Part shown: piece by piece, positions 24,701 through 38,444 of the stretch | Layout: each line of letters begins with the position of its first letter | Numbering within the stretch: position 1 is the first letter of the stretch | Assembly (NCBI GenBank): GCA_964016885.1 | Contig: OZ024740.1 | Span: 297,848,001-297,912,000 of the forward strand | DNA from: Eledone cirrhosa | Lineage: Eukaryota | DNA length: 64,000 nt | Reading direction: 5' to 3' | Translations under genes and position numbers: made by a program | The notes under the pieces: generated by a model | What the model was told of the DNA's origin: nothing | The model's input: only the letters and a program-made list of their open reading frames with translations | The model's database searches: none

Positions 24701-25151
24701 TTATAAAACAAGCACCATTAATACAGTGACCAGTTAGGCAATTGTGATTTAGACAAAAACATACTCCTATATTTAGTGGAGTCAATTCAATAAACTCTGT
24801 CTTCATTATTCCCCTCTGCTTCTCATCTTACAAAAATAATGTTGTTCTTGGCATCTTAGGCAAGTATTTTGCCACAGCTTTTGGTTGATCCTGCCTTGTG
24901 AGTGAAATTGGGTTGACAAAAACAATTTGGAAGCCCATCAGATGGACAGTACCTGTAATTTAATGAGTTAGCCTCATTACATACTTTATCATGGTGCATC
25001 TTCCTGAGAACTACATTAAGTGTATATCTGTTTGTGGAATACTCAGCAATGTACATGCAAATTTCATGAGTGGGCTGTTCCTTTACAAATAAACATTTGA
25101 AAGCCTTCGGCTATGAATTTTAGAAGCTGACGACATAGAGCATCTAGTGGA

Positions 25152-25246
25152 TTCCAGCAGAAGCAGGGGTTAGTGACTGCCAACGATCATTATTTCTGAC
25201 TTTGGTCGTTATCAAGACTGCTCCTTTACTCTACACTCTGCTGGAA
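25152..25246 (-). ncRNA. Degenerate HHR-like motif, U3-A8 core; relative of 12975-13073
   Basis: Minus: gcagtc-ttgataa-cgac caaa gtca-gaaa-taatgatcgttg; closing stem ttccagcaga/tctgctggaa; U16.1 lost. Confidence 0.5.
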
Positions 25247-25739
25247 CTCAATATAGGCGAAAACATATAGTTTTGACACTTATGTACATGAGCTGATTAG
25301 TCTCATTTGCATGTGGAGCTGTCAGATGGCTTGGCCAGAAAATAGCTCCAGCATAGCAATATACATATAAGTATGTGTATTTTGTATATCTAGCGATTAT
25401 ATTTCCCTCTCCCAAGACTGATCTCAGAACAAATGAGAGAAGAACTCATTACATTAGAAGAGTTTTTTTCCTTGCTCCATTCTACACCAAATTTTTTATA
25501 ACAAAAAACTTTGGTTGAAGCATTCCAATATTATTTTGTAGATCTTATATTATTCTGACATTTTATGCAGCCTTCATTGTTATTTTTGGTAAATTTCTTT
25601 TTCTTAGGAAGTTTGAAATAGGGTTTGATATAATTGAGCTAGAAGAATATATCTACCTCTCTCCAGAAATCATGATCCAACTGGCAGCCACAATGATATT
25701 TTCTCCAACAGGCCAAGGATTGCAGGCCGAAAAAGTACT

Positions 25740-25945
25740 GACTGCTCTCCAATAAATTTCTCTGGTGGAAATATTTGGCATCTTGGGTCCCTGAAGCACT
25801 TTCCTACTGAGTTCAGTTGGAATAGAGAAGTGATAGCCATCTGGATGAATGGAGCCAGAGAAATGACAGAGCTCTTTCAGAGCATCTCCCTCCCCATTCT
25901 TTGGGGTAACGTATAATGCATTCACTATTTAGTCAGCTGGGACCA
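25740..25945 (+). mobile_element. CRE 3' fragment (degenerate)
   Basis: gtggaaatatttggcatcttgggtccc..gctctttcagagcatctccctccccattctttggggtaac. Confidence 0.6.
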
Positions 25946-26236
25946 TGAAGCATTTGCATGACTTACTGTGATATAATCTTTTTTATAGTAATAATATAAA
26001 AAAATATATACTAAAAATATAAATCTGTGCATCATAGCTGATCATAGTATAATGTGCGACCTAAAAGAAATAACAACTAAAATATGAATCTCACCATCGA
26101 AACTTTTAAAAGCCCCCTCCCACACACACACACACACACACACACATATGTACATCTCGAGTTAAATCGGGTTAACCACAGTTAAAAAGGTGTTCAATAC
26201 CTTAGTAGAGTGTAAATATTATTTGATATAGAAATC

Positions 26237-26290
26237 GCTTCTAATGACTAGAACTGGTTCATTAATATGAAATCATCAGTATGTAGAAGC
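26237..26290 (-). ncRNA. HHR-like motif (GAAA to GAAC)
   Basis: Minus: gcttcta..ctgatga-tttcatattaat-gaac-cagttctag-tc-attagaagc; adjacent (TA)n. Confidence 0.55.
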
Positions 26291-27149
26291 CATTGATATA
26301 TATGTATATATATATATTATATATATATATATATTATATATATATTATATATTTATATATATATATTATATATATATATATATATTATTTATATATATAT
26401 ATATATAATGTATATAATGTATGTATATATATATATATATATGTGCACAAGTCCTGTAACTTTGAGGGATAGGAAGCATTGACCCTAAAACTTGACTGGT
26501 ACTTTATTTTATCTACCCAGGAAGGATGATAGACAATGTTGAACATCACAGATCACAGAAGTTAAATTCAGTATGTAAAGAAGCATGACTAAATACCACA
26601 AGATTTTTTTGTTTGTGTGACACACAACTGTGCCTGCCAATTCTCCTTTCACTCACTCACTCAACATCATCATCATCAACATTATTTAATGTATGTTTTC
26701 CCTGCTAGCAAGGGTTGGATAAGTCAACAGAGATCAAGTCAGTTCTTAGCCAAAATTTCTAACCTCTCAGATTGACTGGGGTGTATATATTGCTTATATC
26801 CATTCCCATATTCTCAGAGTGTACTGGCGTATTTTATTGTAGCACCAGCACTAGGGAAGTTATCAGGACCTTGACACGGCTGACGAGTATTATGTCTTCA
26901 TATCCAGACAGTAAGAGAATATACCGTTAGTCAATGGACTACGTCTGAAATTAGGAACTCTTTAGAAGTCTAAACAGTGTTTATTTGACAAAATATGACA
27001 AAAGAATCTATATAGAGATCTAGTCTTCAGCAATACTACAGTACTAATGACAAAACATTGTAATAATATCTATACATATAGTCATTTTTGCGGCACATAT
27101 TTAACCCATGGTGCCATAGCGACATCACTGAAGACTGAGGTTATATTAT

Positions 27150-27510
27150 CTGTATCCATGTAATCTCGGGTTCCAAATAATAGGAGTGGCTTGGAAAATC
27201 GGTAATTTTTCTAGGTTGCCTCCCTTGATTTTTAGTTTACATATTGAGATCCCAACCTATCCTATTTACTTTATAATGTATGGGATTTCTAGTAATGTTC
27301 TTTTTTTTGTCATATATAATGTTTTTTGAAGTCTAAAGAAAATGAATTGTTGCAGCAATGCTACCACTTAAAATAAAAATAAAATTTCGCCGGATATAGA
27401 TTAGCAAAATTTAATAAGCAAGAGTGTGGGGTTGGAAAAAAAAAGCTGAAAATTTAATAAGCAGGAGGATGGGGGGATGACTATTATTCAAAACCTGAGA
27501 GTATGCTACA
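27150..27510. mobile_element. MITE-like element with imperfect TIRs
   Basis: aatctcgggttccaaataatag ... ctattattcaaaacctgagagta; copies at 1-235 and 29512-29765. Confidence 0.6.
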
Positions 27511-27839
27511 ATGTACTCTGTTACAGAGAAACCACTGAAGAATTCCCTCTTATGTTTCATTAGATAACCAAATATTCTTCTTAGTGTACTCTTGAGCAAC
27601 TAATGACTCCTTGGCATGGAACATAACACAACATTCATTTTATAGTTACACTGCTGCTATATATGTGTGTGTTTCTGTGCATTAAAGAGTTTGAAGACCC
27701 GGAAGACCACAAATCAGGTAGAACTCAATACATATCTATGTGCAGAGTAGATTTATATTCATATAGAGAGGGATATATAATTCCAATGTTGAAATTATGG
27801 TATTTCTCTCCTCCCCCTCTCTCCTTATATATATGTGTT

Positions 27840-28050
27840 CATATACTGTACCGATTGTGTTGTAATTTCTATTTACCTTTTACATACATATATATATATC
27901 AACGCTTACGTGGACCTCTCAAAATTTGTTGCGTCCGAAACGTTAAGACCCTCTTCCTACTATATCAAGCGTTAACCTAATATATCCCTTCCATATACTG
28001 TACCGATTGTGTTGTTATTTCTGTTTATCTTTTACATACATATATATATA
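27840..28050 (+). repeat. ~60-bp direct repeat flanking a decayed HHR-like motif (pLTR-like)
   Basis: catatactgtaccgattgtgttg..tttacatacatatat twice; ggac..gtcc-gaaa-cgtt between. Confidence 0.6.
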
Positions 28051-28197
28051 TGTTTTTTGTTTTTTTTCTAAATTGTTTTTTAAAGGTTTCCTCTTTAAAA
28101 AAAAATTGTCTCGTTTTCCATAGTCTTCTCTTTGTCATTTATCCTAATTTTATTACAAACACACACACACATATATATATAATATATATATATATAT

Positions 28198-28276
28198 AAC
28201 ATAAATAACAATCAAATTGTGTTTAAGACATTTAGCTATTACATGTCTTAAACACAATTTGATTGTTATTTATGTT
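28198..28276. repeat. Perfect 34-bp-arm hairpin, 11-nt loop
   Basis: aacataaataacaatcaaattgtgtttaagacat / atgtcttaaacacaatttgattgttatttatgtt. Confidence 0.95.
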
Positions 28277-28365
28277 GTATTTCTGCTCTGTATTATACTT
28301 GATATTTTACATTGAGCTATTTGTCTTACTGGTAATTGGGTAACATAATATTACCCTTATCTTAT

Positions 28366-28472
28366 ATCCCGCCGAGGTTGACTTTGCCTTTCATCCTTAC
28401 GGGGTCGATAAAATAAAGTACCAGTAATGCACTGGATAATTGCTGGCCTTGTGCCTAAAGTAGAAACAATTA
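28366..28472 (+). mobile_element. tRNA-derived SINE, 5'-truncated
   Basis: Family consensus from B-box end onward. Confidence 0.85.
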
Positions 28473-28999
28473 TATATAAATATAATTATCATATATATAT
28501 ATATATATATGTATGAAGGGTGCATGTGTGTATGTTATAGGTAGCATGGGCAACAGATGGAGGTAGGGCATTGTCATTACAAGGACAGCTTATAAAAAGC
28601 ATGGGGATTTACATAGAAATCTAATGAATGATACTAAATACTGTGGCATACACACCATACAAGTATGTGATAGAATTCTCAGAGAAGCGATCCAATTCCT
28701 AGAGTTAATCAAGGAACCCCACACATCTAGGATTACCTTTACTAACAATGGTAAAGAGCTTCTCTCGTCTTCCAAGAATTTACTGGGGAACTACATCTCC
28801 CTTTCCACTCTCACCTTCTACTCATATCTTGAAAAAGGTGATGAAAGTTTAGCCAAAAATGAAAGGGTCTGTTCTAAGTACAGCCAGTCATGCCTACCAC
28901 CTAACATCTTTCACCATATTGAAGATGAAAGATAGGAGTGGAAGAATTAATATTCTAAATAGTAGCAATAATAAATTATTATTATTATATCAAATCAAC

Positions 29000-29830
29000 C
29001 TTCTTTTTCTTCTTCTTCTTTGCCCACTTATTCCTGGGAGAGTTATGGGAACAGACTCCTCAAACACTTCTTCCAGTGGATCTTGAGAGAAGCAAGTGTC
29101 TCCAGTTGATCTTGCTGGATCCCCAAGCTATACCAGCCAAACTCATAGATGTTATCCAGTCATCTTGCTCAGAATCTACCCCTAGGTGTCCTGCTAGTTA
29201 GTTTTTTCCCTAAAATCTGCCAAACGATTCTTTCTTCAGATATTCTGACATGTCTGTAGTATCAGATTTGTGATTTCTCAATTCGGAGAAGTAGCAGCTC
29301 TACCTGGAGCGCCTCTCTGATCTCCAAACTATACACTTTATCAAGTAACATTACTTCAAAGACTCTTCAGAGAAACCCCATTTCAGGCGTTTGTTTACAT
29401 GATCATATTCCTTCAGTCATTACCCAAAATTCATGACCACTACTAAAGGTTGGCATGAATACCAAATTGAAGATAGTGAGTTTGGTTTTTATACCTCCCC
29501 TCCCGATTCTGATGTATCCATGTAATCTCGGGTCCAAAATAATAGGAGTGGCTTGGAAATTCGGTAATTTTTGTAGGTTGTCTCCCTGTATTTTTAGTTT
29601 ACATATTGAGACCACAACCTACCCTATTTACTTTATAATGTATTGGACTGCTAGTGATTTTTTTTTTTTTTCTGTTATATATAATGTTTTTTAATGTCTA
29701 AAGAAAATAAATTGTCACAGCAATCTATACTTAAAATAGAAATAAAATTTAGCCAGATATAAATCTTCTGATGATTGAATGCTGAAGCTGGCACATTACT
29801 GTACCAGCTCCTACAATTCTAGCACTTAAT
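29000..29830 (-). mobile_element. RTE LINE 3' fragment interrupted by a MITE (29512-29765)
   Basis: KTKLTIFNLVFMPTFSSGHEFWVMTE; (ttc)n tail at left. Confidence 0.75.
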
Positions 29831-30061
29831 TTAGCCTCCTACCTTCCATAACTCATAAAAACAGCCCCAAGATGAACTTTCCCACCTGTTTCTTGTATGA
29901 CATCTTTGCCCCTAATCTTTATTTTTTTATACAATATCTGTTCAGAACCACATGCGTTATAAGCCCTATGTTTCTAATATTTACTCTATTTCTATGTCCA
30001 AGCCCTTGTGGCTGATAAAGAAATCATCATCACCATCATCATCATTATCATTATTATTATT

Positions 30062-30545
30062 AGGGCAGTGAATTGGCAGAATCAGTAGAGCATCAGACAA
30101 AATTTCTTAGGGCATTTCTTTATGGCCCTTTAAATTCTGAGTTCAAATACCACCAAGGTTAACTTTGTCTATCATCCCTTTCAAGGTCAATAAAATATCG
30201 TACCAGCCAAGCACTGGGAAAAGATATAATCATCTTACCCTCCTCACCAAAGAATAAAAATTACTGGCCTTGTGCCTAAATTAGAAACCATTATTATTAT
30301 TATTATTGTTATTATTTGGGCGGTAGATTAGCAGAATCGGTAGAGTGTCGGACAACATGCATAGTGGCATAAAGTTACGGCTCTTTACATTCTGAGTTCA
30401 AATCCCGCCGAGGTTAGCTTTGCCTTTCATCCTTACAGGGGTCGATAAAATAAAGTACCAGTAATGCACTGGGGTTGATTTAATCGACTTTCCCCTCTCC
30501 CCAAATTACTGACCTTGTGCCTATAGTAGAAACTATTATTATTAT
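30062..30545 (+). mobile_element. Two tandem tRNA-derived SINEs
   Basis: Heads near 30062 and 30319. Confidence 0.88.
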
Positions 30546-30954
30546 TATTATTATGCAAAATTGGTAGATCCCTGCAAGTATTTAGTTCTTCTACTGTTAT
30601 ATTCTGAGTACAAATCCAGCCTAGGTCAACATTACCATCCTTCATTCCAAAGTCAACAAAATAAATGGCCTGCTTGAATTACTAGGATCTATATAATCGA
30701 CTGTAACAAGCCCCACCTCACCTAAAACTTGTAGCCTTCTACCTAATTTAGAAATCATTTACTTTATTTATTTGTTATTTTGTTATTGTTGCTATATATA
30801 TTCTGTTTGAAAAAATAACTTGAGTGACTGAATGGTTTTCATATTGTAAATAAAGTTTAATTTCTGCACAACAATCGTCTTCTATATGGAATTGTTATTG
30901 TTTTAATGTTTCATAAAATGTTCGTAATATCTATTCTCTGTTCTCAAACCCACA

Positions 30955-31452
30955 ATAGGAGTTGGTGCAGTGGTGTGCCAGCTTCAGCATTTGGTAATGA
31001 GAAGAAAGGAGGTAGGTGTAAAAGCCAAACTCGCTATCTTCAATTTAGTATTCATGCCAACTCTTACCTAAGGTCATGAATGTTAGGTAATAACCAAAAG
31101 ATTACAAGTGGTTGAAATGGAGTTCCTCTGACGGGTCTTTAGAGTAATGTTACTTGATAGAGTGCATAGCTTGGAGATCAGAGAGTCACTCCGGGTAGAG
31201 TCGCTACTTCTCTGAATTAAAAGATCACAGCTCCTATATTATGGGCATGTTGTTAGAATGTCTCAGGATAGAATTGCTGGACAGATTTTATGGGCAAAAC
31301 CAACTGGTAGGAGACCCAGGAGTAGACCCTGAGCAAGATGGTTGGATAACATCCATGAGCTTGGCTGATCTCACTTCAAGATCCAGCTTAATCATTTGGA
31401 GTGTTTGAGGACTCTGCCTCCATGACCCTCTCAGGAAGAAGAAGAAGAGGAA
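30955..31452 (+). mobile_element. RTE LINE 3' fragment, same family as 29 kb and 42.7 kb copies
   Basis: KAKLAIFNLVFMPTLT*GHEC..SQLLYYGHVVRMSQDRIA..GRRPRSRP; (gaa)n tail. Confidence 0.8.
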
Positions 31453-31476
31453 GACATTTTTTGTTCTTAGTGAAGT

Positions 31477-31640
31477 CATATGGCTTAGTGGTTAGGGTGA
31501 TCACCTCACAATTATAAGGTTGTGAGTTCCTAATAGTAAATTGTGTTCTTGTGCAAGACTCTTTATTTCATATTACTACAGTCCACTCACCTGGCCAAAA
31601 TGAGTTGTACCTCTGCTTCAAAGGGCCAGCCTGTCATACA
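31477..31640 (+). mobile_element. Second tRNA-head SINE family (relatives near 4715-4850, 32740-33020, 42440-42512)
   Basis: tggcttagtggttagggtg A-box-like head; gtgttcttgtgcaagactctttatttca. Confidence 0.6.
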
Positions 31641-31881
31641 CTCACACAGTCTGTCATACTACATTTTGAGTGTTTTCCAATGCAAGCATCTCACCACATT
31701 CAATTTCTCCAACAACATTTTAAAATATAGTTTGTTGCTAGGTAATGGGATATTTTTTTGTAGAATAGACCAGACTGTAGTGTTTAACTTCTTTGGGTAA
31801 TTGATGCTAATATTTCGATGCAGTGAGTGACTTTGTGATAAAAATCAACATAAAGAGCTTTTTCTTGTTGATCATTGTTAA

Positions 31882-31933
<52 letters not shown>

Positions 31934-33241
31934 AGAAACACACATCACAAACACACACACACAAACCCCACAAACAGATACATATACATACACACACCAC
32001 AAACACATGTTAATCTAGTCAATTTGATATTCTGAGAGTTAACTCCCCTGGATTGACGCCTGTTTTCAGAAAATTTACTTATACTCTTGATAACAGGTAT
32101 GGAGGAGAACTTATTACCAGGTCGGCGGATGTTTCTGCTAGAATACTTTATTTGCTGATATGAAGTCGGATTCTAGTTTAACCCCAAAGTCCTCCCATGT
32201 CTTTACTCTGGACGTCTTTACTGTTGCTGCTGCGATTCTTCGTGCCTGCTTAGAGAGGGGAGGGGGAGCGGTTACAACTTATTTTTTCCTTCGTCTCTTA
32301 ATAACAACCAACTGTTTCGAGAGGCGGAAAGCAGTAACAGTGGGAGTTTGGTTACACTGTATTCGGACCTGATGTATATATTTATTTACCACACCTCATA
32401 TACAAAGACGAAAGTGGAATTTATGTATGTTTATATAGCAGAACATAGTTTTGAGAGTTGTCTCCCTTTTTCTATGTTGAAAAGACAAAAATATTCTAAC
32501 GATGACACGAGAGATGAACAGCGTGTTTGGGATATATTACACCTGGTGGAGCTCATCCCCCTCCCCCCTCTCTCTCCACATGTGTGCGCGCTTATGTGTT
32601 AGTGAAGATTCAAATTCTAATCAATAAACACATGACATTTATGAGGAGACATGGGGTATATATGTGAGATCTAATCTAGGATATCTATACACAAAAACCA
32701 ATTTCAGAACCATTTATTTTAAAGGGTTCCTATTTAATTATTTAGTAATGATTAGGATGTCGGACGTACGAACATGTTGTGGGTTCGATTCCTTGACCGA
32801 GTTGTGTGTTGTTTTTTTTAGCAAAACACTTCATTTTAGCTTGCGCCAGTATATTTAATATATTCAGCTGAAAATGAGTGTCAGCAGGAGCTGGAAGTTT
32901 AACCCTCCGATGGACAGGTGACTTGTCCAGGAGCGACTCTTGTACTCTCAGTTCGATAACGCCAACGAAACTGCGTTATGCACCGACTCGCATAACTGGG
33001 TTATGCGAGCCTTTGGGCTTGAGAAAGTCTTTAGACTTTAGACTATTTAACTCTTTTGATACCAAGCTGACTCTTGTTTTATGATATAGAACTGTTTGTT
33101 TTAAAGTGTTAATATCTGTCATAGAAACTTCCATCAATTTTATGTAAGAACATTTATTGTGTTAAAACAAGTAATACTATTACGTTCTTACAAATCCTTT
33201 ATTATTTTCAAAATTATTTGAAAATCAGAGGCAGTGACGTT

Positions 33242-33620
33242 TATAACAAAGTACTGGGTTGTATGAATATAACAAGAGGCGTGGGTTGTGTGTATAAAGT
33301 TTAATTAACAAGTTGAAGTTATGTAGAATAGTATAGTTGACATGTCCATGAGTAGATGAAAGAATGAAGTAAAGTTATTTGTTACCGTTTTGAAATTAGC
33401 TCGCAAGAGATCACGTTAGGGTTGCCAGGTGAACGCGCCTGGCCGAAGACGCCTGGCTAGTTAGAAGAGAGTGAGATCGCCCTGAGTATCCCTTTTATAG
33501 GGTCCCAGGACGGAAGTGACAAAAAGGGTTCTACCACCCCAACGGGAAGTAACTCCAGCTACTTCCTGTCTAGAGAGCGGTGATGTGATTGTCATAACAA
33601 GGGAGGCAACTCTTGCTACG
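33242..33620 (-). mobile_element. Solo LTR (Gypsy-like) with 4-bp TSD CGTT
   Basis: cgtt at 33238-41 and 33621-24; homologous in opposite orientation to 48757-49132; TATA box on minus strand. Confidence 0.8.
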
Positions 33621-33758
33621 CGTTCTTTAGAAATATAGTAATGAAAGCGTTTCAACCTAACTTTATATAAGAACCTTTTGTTAAATTACGTTACAAATAT
33701 TATTGCAATAATGAAATAATTCACAATTTTAGTAAACCTCTTCAAAATTTTCAATAAT

Positions 33759-34112
33759 TATCGTATTTCCCAGCGTTAAAGACGCCGTTTTTTTTCTTAA
33801 GATAAGTTTCGAAAATCTACCATGCATGCTGGAGGCCAAAAGTTGCGTTTTTCATAGGCATATCCTAACCCGAGAGTAAAATTATCTAATCTAGACAGTA
33901 ATCGAACTCCTGCGTTTGACCTCTCAATGAAGTGTATAAATTATACTTAGTTAAAGTAGTAAATAAACAAAATATCATTAAAAAATTCGATAACAAGACC
34001 CGAAGTGCTGGAACTTTATGTTTACGTTTATTATTGTTTTTCAAATGTTTGGTTGTCAAAATTGAGGTGTGGCCTCGAGAGCGAAGCGTCTTCGACGACG
34101 GGAAATACGGTA
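33759..34112. mobile_element. pogo/Tigger-like MITE
   Basis: TIRs tatcgtatttcccagcgttaaagacgc / gcgtcttcgacgacgggaaatacggta, TA ends. Confidence 0.8.
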
Positions 34113-34185
34113 ATTCAGCTGAAGCGTTATTTGATGAGAAATACAATGTTAGGGTAAAAATACAATATATATGTGTGTATGAAAG

Positions 34186-34378
34186 CAGACCTGTCAACTC
34201 TACCCGTCGGACGGGGAGATCTCCCACTCACTTTGGGGTGGGTGAGAGATGTCTTCTCTTGAAAATGGGTATAGTTTTCATTATCTAAAATCTCCCCATT
34301 TTGCCTCATTTCTCCCCGTTTGGGGGCACTCTTTTTCACGGTACTCTCCGTTGGGGTTTTTAGAGGTTGGCAGGTCTG
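34186..34378. mobile_element. MITE with 7-bp TSD (atgaaag)
   Basis: TIRs cagacctgtcaac / gttggcaggtctg; atgaaag at 34179-85 and 34379-85. Confidence 0.85.
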
Positions 34379-35582
34379 ATGAAAGAGACATAGGAACAAT
34401 GATTAATTTTTTTTTTTTAAATCAGGTGTACATGGTCGCTGAATAGGCTATAAATAGCAGCCAAATGTCCAATATCACACTTAACTGTCTTATAAAAAGG
34501 ATGATACTTTCGATATTGTAGTTTTGTGGGTAAGACGCAATAGACGCCTTTTATCAGAAGGCTGTTCACTCAGAGCCTACCTAGAGCTAAATAACAACAG
34601 TAACAACCATATGCTGTGGTCGGTTCCCCGCTTTTGATTGTCTTTTGCATACGAAATTTTTGTATTTGCCGCCACACTCTAAGATATTAGGTAATTTTAT
34701 ATTACTTGGGATGTAAACATTTGTTTAACTTACAAAGCATAAATTTGAAAATATAGTCGCCACAATGCATATAAGTATAGTAATAGAATATAGGATGGAA
34801 TGAGTTGCGCTATTCGTTCCGATGCTCTACGCTCTCTAAGTTCAAATCCCGCCGAGATCATTTTTGCCTGCATCCTTTCGAGGTCGATAAAAAATACCAG
34901 CCCAGTACTGGAATTCACTAATGGACAGAGACGCCAGTAGAAAGTCGAACCATGCAATGGTTGAACACAGAAGTGGTTTCTTTTCATTTAGGAATTAAAA
35001 GAAAAAGGGCTTATGAAAGATGGTTCGATTCCCTTTAGGCGTCTCTGTCTCTTTCTTCCTCGTTAAGGGCCAAAACATTCACTTGAGGTGTGGGTGTCTT
35101 CTCTAAAGACCTTCTGCTGTCCAGCTCACCTGAGATTTTCATTGTATAATTTTTTTTATAGTCGTCTGCATTGTGGTGACTAGATTTTCAAATTACTTGA
35201 GACGTAATTACAGTTTCTGATTCAGAGGTTACGAGTTATTTTTCAGTTGACCTAATGAACGTTAATTTGGGGTCAACAGAATTTGCAAAATGATGAATAT
35301 GATTTATGTATTTACATTGTTCTTGTTATTATTTATACACTAGAACCACTCGTGACCTGTTGGGTCACGTTCACTTGAAAATACTTTTTAAAAATCATTT
35401 TCACTTAAAAATAATTTTTAAATAATTAAAATATACACAGACATGTTTATAATGTAAAATGAAATTGGAAGGCCTATATAGCAAATTGAATTGCCATCTG
35501 TAATATACTTTCCCCTCTCCTCTTCCTTTCTTACAACTAATATAAATACTTTGATTTTTCTGATTTTTTCAAATTTATCCAA

Positions 35583-35700
35583 TATCTCTGAAGAAGTGAC
35601 AACTGATTATACATTTGCTATCGATTACGTGCTAATATTATATGATTACGCAAGCAGCGATACATAGGTATTCCGTCTGTTACAGAAACATATGTCAATA
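35583..35700 (+). ncRNA. Type I HHR with enlarged stem II
   Basis: CUGAAGA 35588-94; gtgaca/tgttac stem II base; GAAA-catatg-UC; stem I imperfect. Confidence 0.65.
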
Positions 35701-35853
35701 CCTAATAAATTCCTTTATAAAAGCACTTTCATTTTATATTCATCTTTTCTACATTTTCTCCGGAATATAATTTATACTCGCTGAGCAAACCTACACGTAC
35801 GCTGTTCATCTCTAATGTGACGATATATTATCACTACATTATTGATAACTTGA

Positions 35854-35939
<86 letters not shown>

Positions 35940-36067
35940 AAAAGTTCTATTTAAATTGTTGGGATACAACAAGCAAATATTTTTATAACTGATATAAAGC
36001 AGTCAACAAATAATTGCAGTAAAAATACGATATTAACAAATGGAAACTATATTTATAAAACCATATT

Positions 36068-36132
36068 TATTTCATTATACATATTTCAAGGACACCAAGT
36101 TAAATTATGGTGTGCTTTCATCAGATAAAATA
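36068..36132 (-). ncRNA. Type I HHR (same family as 60.9/61.1 kb)
   Basis: Minus: tattttat-CUGAUGA-aagcacacca..tggtgtcctt-GAAA-tatgta-UA-atgaaata. Confidence 0.75.
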
Positions 36133-37698
36133 TAATATAGAGCAGTTTTATAAATAAATATTGACATATCCTTAAAGAATGCAACCATTACTGTTGGAAG
36201 CTCCCGGATAGTGGAGTTATATTATTAATTATACTATTAGGTTAGTTAGTATTGGATATTTTAAAAATAAGCCGTTGGGTTACGGAGAAAGAGAAAGAGA
36301 GAGAGAGAGCAAAACAACAGAGAGAAAAAGAGAGAGAGAGAGGAGAAAGAGAAAGGAGAGAGAGCGAAAACTCTAAGTCATATCTTGTTGAGTTATCTTA
36401 AACATTTGAGATGAAATGAATAAATAAAATTAGAAATGTTAATAATCATGAATGGAAGATACATATATATAATATGAGAAATTTAACCATTGTTTAAATA
36501 TGATTAAATGTTTAGTTAATCAGTTAAAATATTGAGATCAATACATTAAAAATTGATATCTATGTATTAAGAAATCTATATATTATTATTAAGACTATAT
36601 TATTAAAAATCTATATATTATATAACAGACATACACACGCAAAAATACATACATATAAATATATATACACACATATAAAAAATATACATATCTAACTACG
36701 TATATAATACATATAAAATATAAAGCATTTTTTAATTTAAGATATAGGAATCTTATAAAATCAGAAAATCATTTCAATGTAAAATCAAAGCAGCGTGAAG
36801 GAAAATTACGTTATTTAGTTATATAAATGTTACAATTGTTAAGATATTAAATGAAATTTTATGTAATACACACTTTATGTTATTAAACAAATTTTTTTTA
36901 TATAATTTTTATAAGATTACCTGTTATGTAGTTATGACTGTTATTAAGTGCAATCGAATTGTATGCATATACGCATATATATACATACACAATTCCCACA
37001 TATACATACATATATGTGTGTACCCACACAAATAGGTAGATATGCATCAACACATATATATATACATACAGATAGACATACACGCATAAAACATATGTAC
37101 ATGTATATCAATACACACACATATATATATACACACATATAGAGAGAGAAAAGTATATATAAATACAGTACATAGTATAATTGAAGTACATAAAATACAA
37201 AAGAATTATATTACGATTTGGAAATATAATTATAAGCAATATAACTTTAAAACAATATAACTTTTAAAATATTATAGAATATTTCAAGTTATAATTTCAA
37301 AATAATAATATGTTTAATAAATTTAGTATAAAAATGTTCTACGTATATTTAACTTAATGTTATATCCATAAGAGAAAGAAAAAGAAACTTTCAAAAGATA
37401 AACTTTCGAAAATAGGAGAAACTATCAAAAATTATTCTCCCCTTTTAAGAGCTTTCAGTATATTGCTCTAGAAGAGTTTATTATATTTATTTATATTTAG
37501 GAAGAACAGTTTTTTACTTGAGTGTATAAGCAGTCAAAAAATGAAGGAATCTAATGATTTATCGATAGGTTCAATATATTAATAAAATTAATTAATTAAT
37601 TATATATTACATTTTAAATTTATATTTAAACGTTGAGTTCAATCTATGTCTATATATATATATATATATATAGTTATGTAATAAACAACATAAGGCAA

Positions 37699-37764
37699 TT
37701 ATTCCATTTACCAGTGGTTTCTTAAAAGCAAAAGATTTTGCTTTCAATCCTCAGAATGAAATAA
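37699..37764 (-). ncRNA. Type I HHR in inverted pLTR
   Basis: Minus: ttatttcatt-CUGAGGA-ttgaaagcaaaa tc ttttgcttttaa-GAAA-ccactgg-UA-aatggaataa. Confidence 0.88.
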
Positions 37765-37919
37765 TCCTGGTCTGTTTATTGAATTTGGATTTTAAAAACA
37801 AAAATGCAATCTATATGAAAGTGAGGCTGGAGAAGGAAGAAGGAAAGGAAAAATAATATAAAACTACACATGCAAACACACACACAAAAACACGCACACT
37901 CACACACAAAAGCATACAT

Positions 37920-37972
<53 letters not shown>

Positions 37973-38064
37973 CATACACTCATACATACACACACACACA
38001 TATATACACACATATGTGTATTTATATGCACATATATATGTGTGTATATATGTGTGTGTGTGTG

Positions 38065-38121
<57 letters not shown>

Positions 38122-38128
<7 letters not shown>

Positions 38129-38444
38129 AGCTACTTCTAACAATTTTAAGGTAAGATTTAATACCCACAAACATAGTTTTAAAAATGCCGCACTGGCTAA
38201 TACAACATCTCTAGCAGAAAAAATTAATAGTTATAGAAATAGGAATATAGAATATGATATGACCTGGAGTGTGCTCAAAAGAGCCACCCCTTATCAAAAT
38301 AATAGAAATGAATGTAGATTGTGTTCCCAAGAACTATTTGAAATAATGAAATCTAAGGATATCCTATTAAATAAGCGACAGGAATTAATAATATCGTGTA
38401 ATCATAAACTGAGAAAAACATTTAAATATTATAAACCTAATTAA
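38122..38444 (+). pseudogene. Penelope GIY-YIG endonuclease C-terminal fragment
   Basis: [55 protein letters not shown]. Confidence 0.9.

Noticed and set aside
28624-28935. 103-aa non-repetitive-looking ORF
   Set aside because: No recognisable motif, splice signals or partner exons
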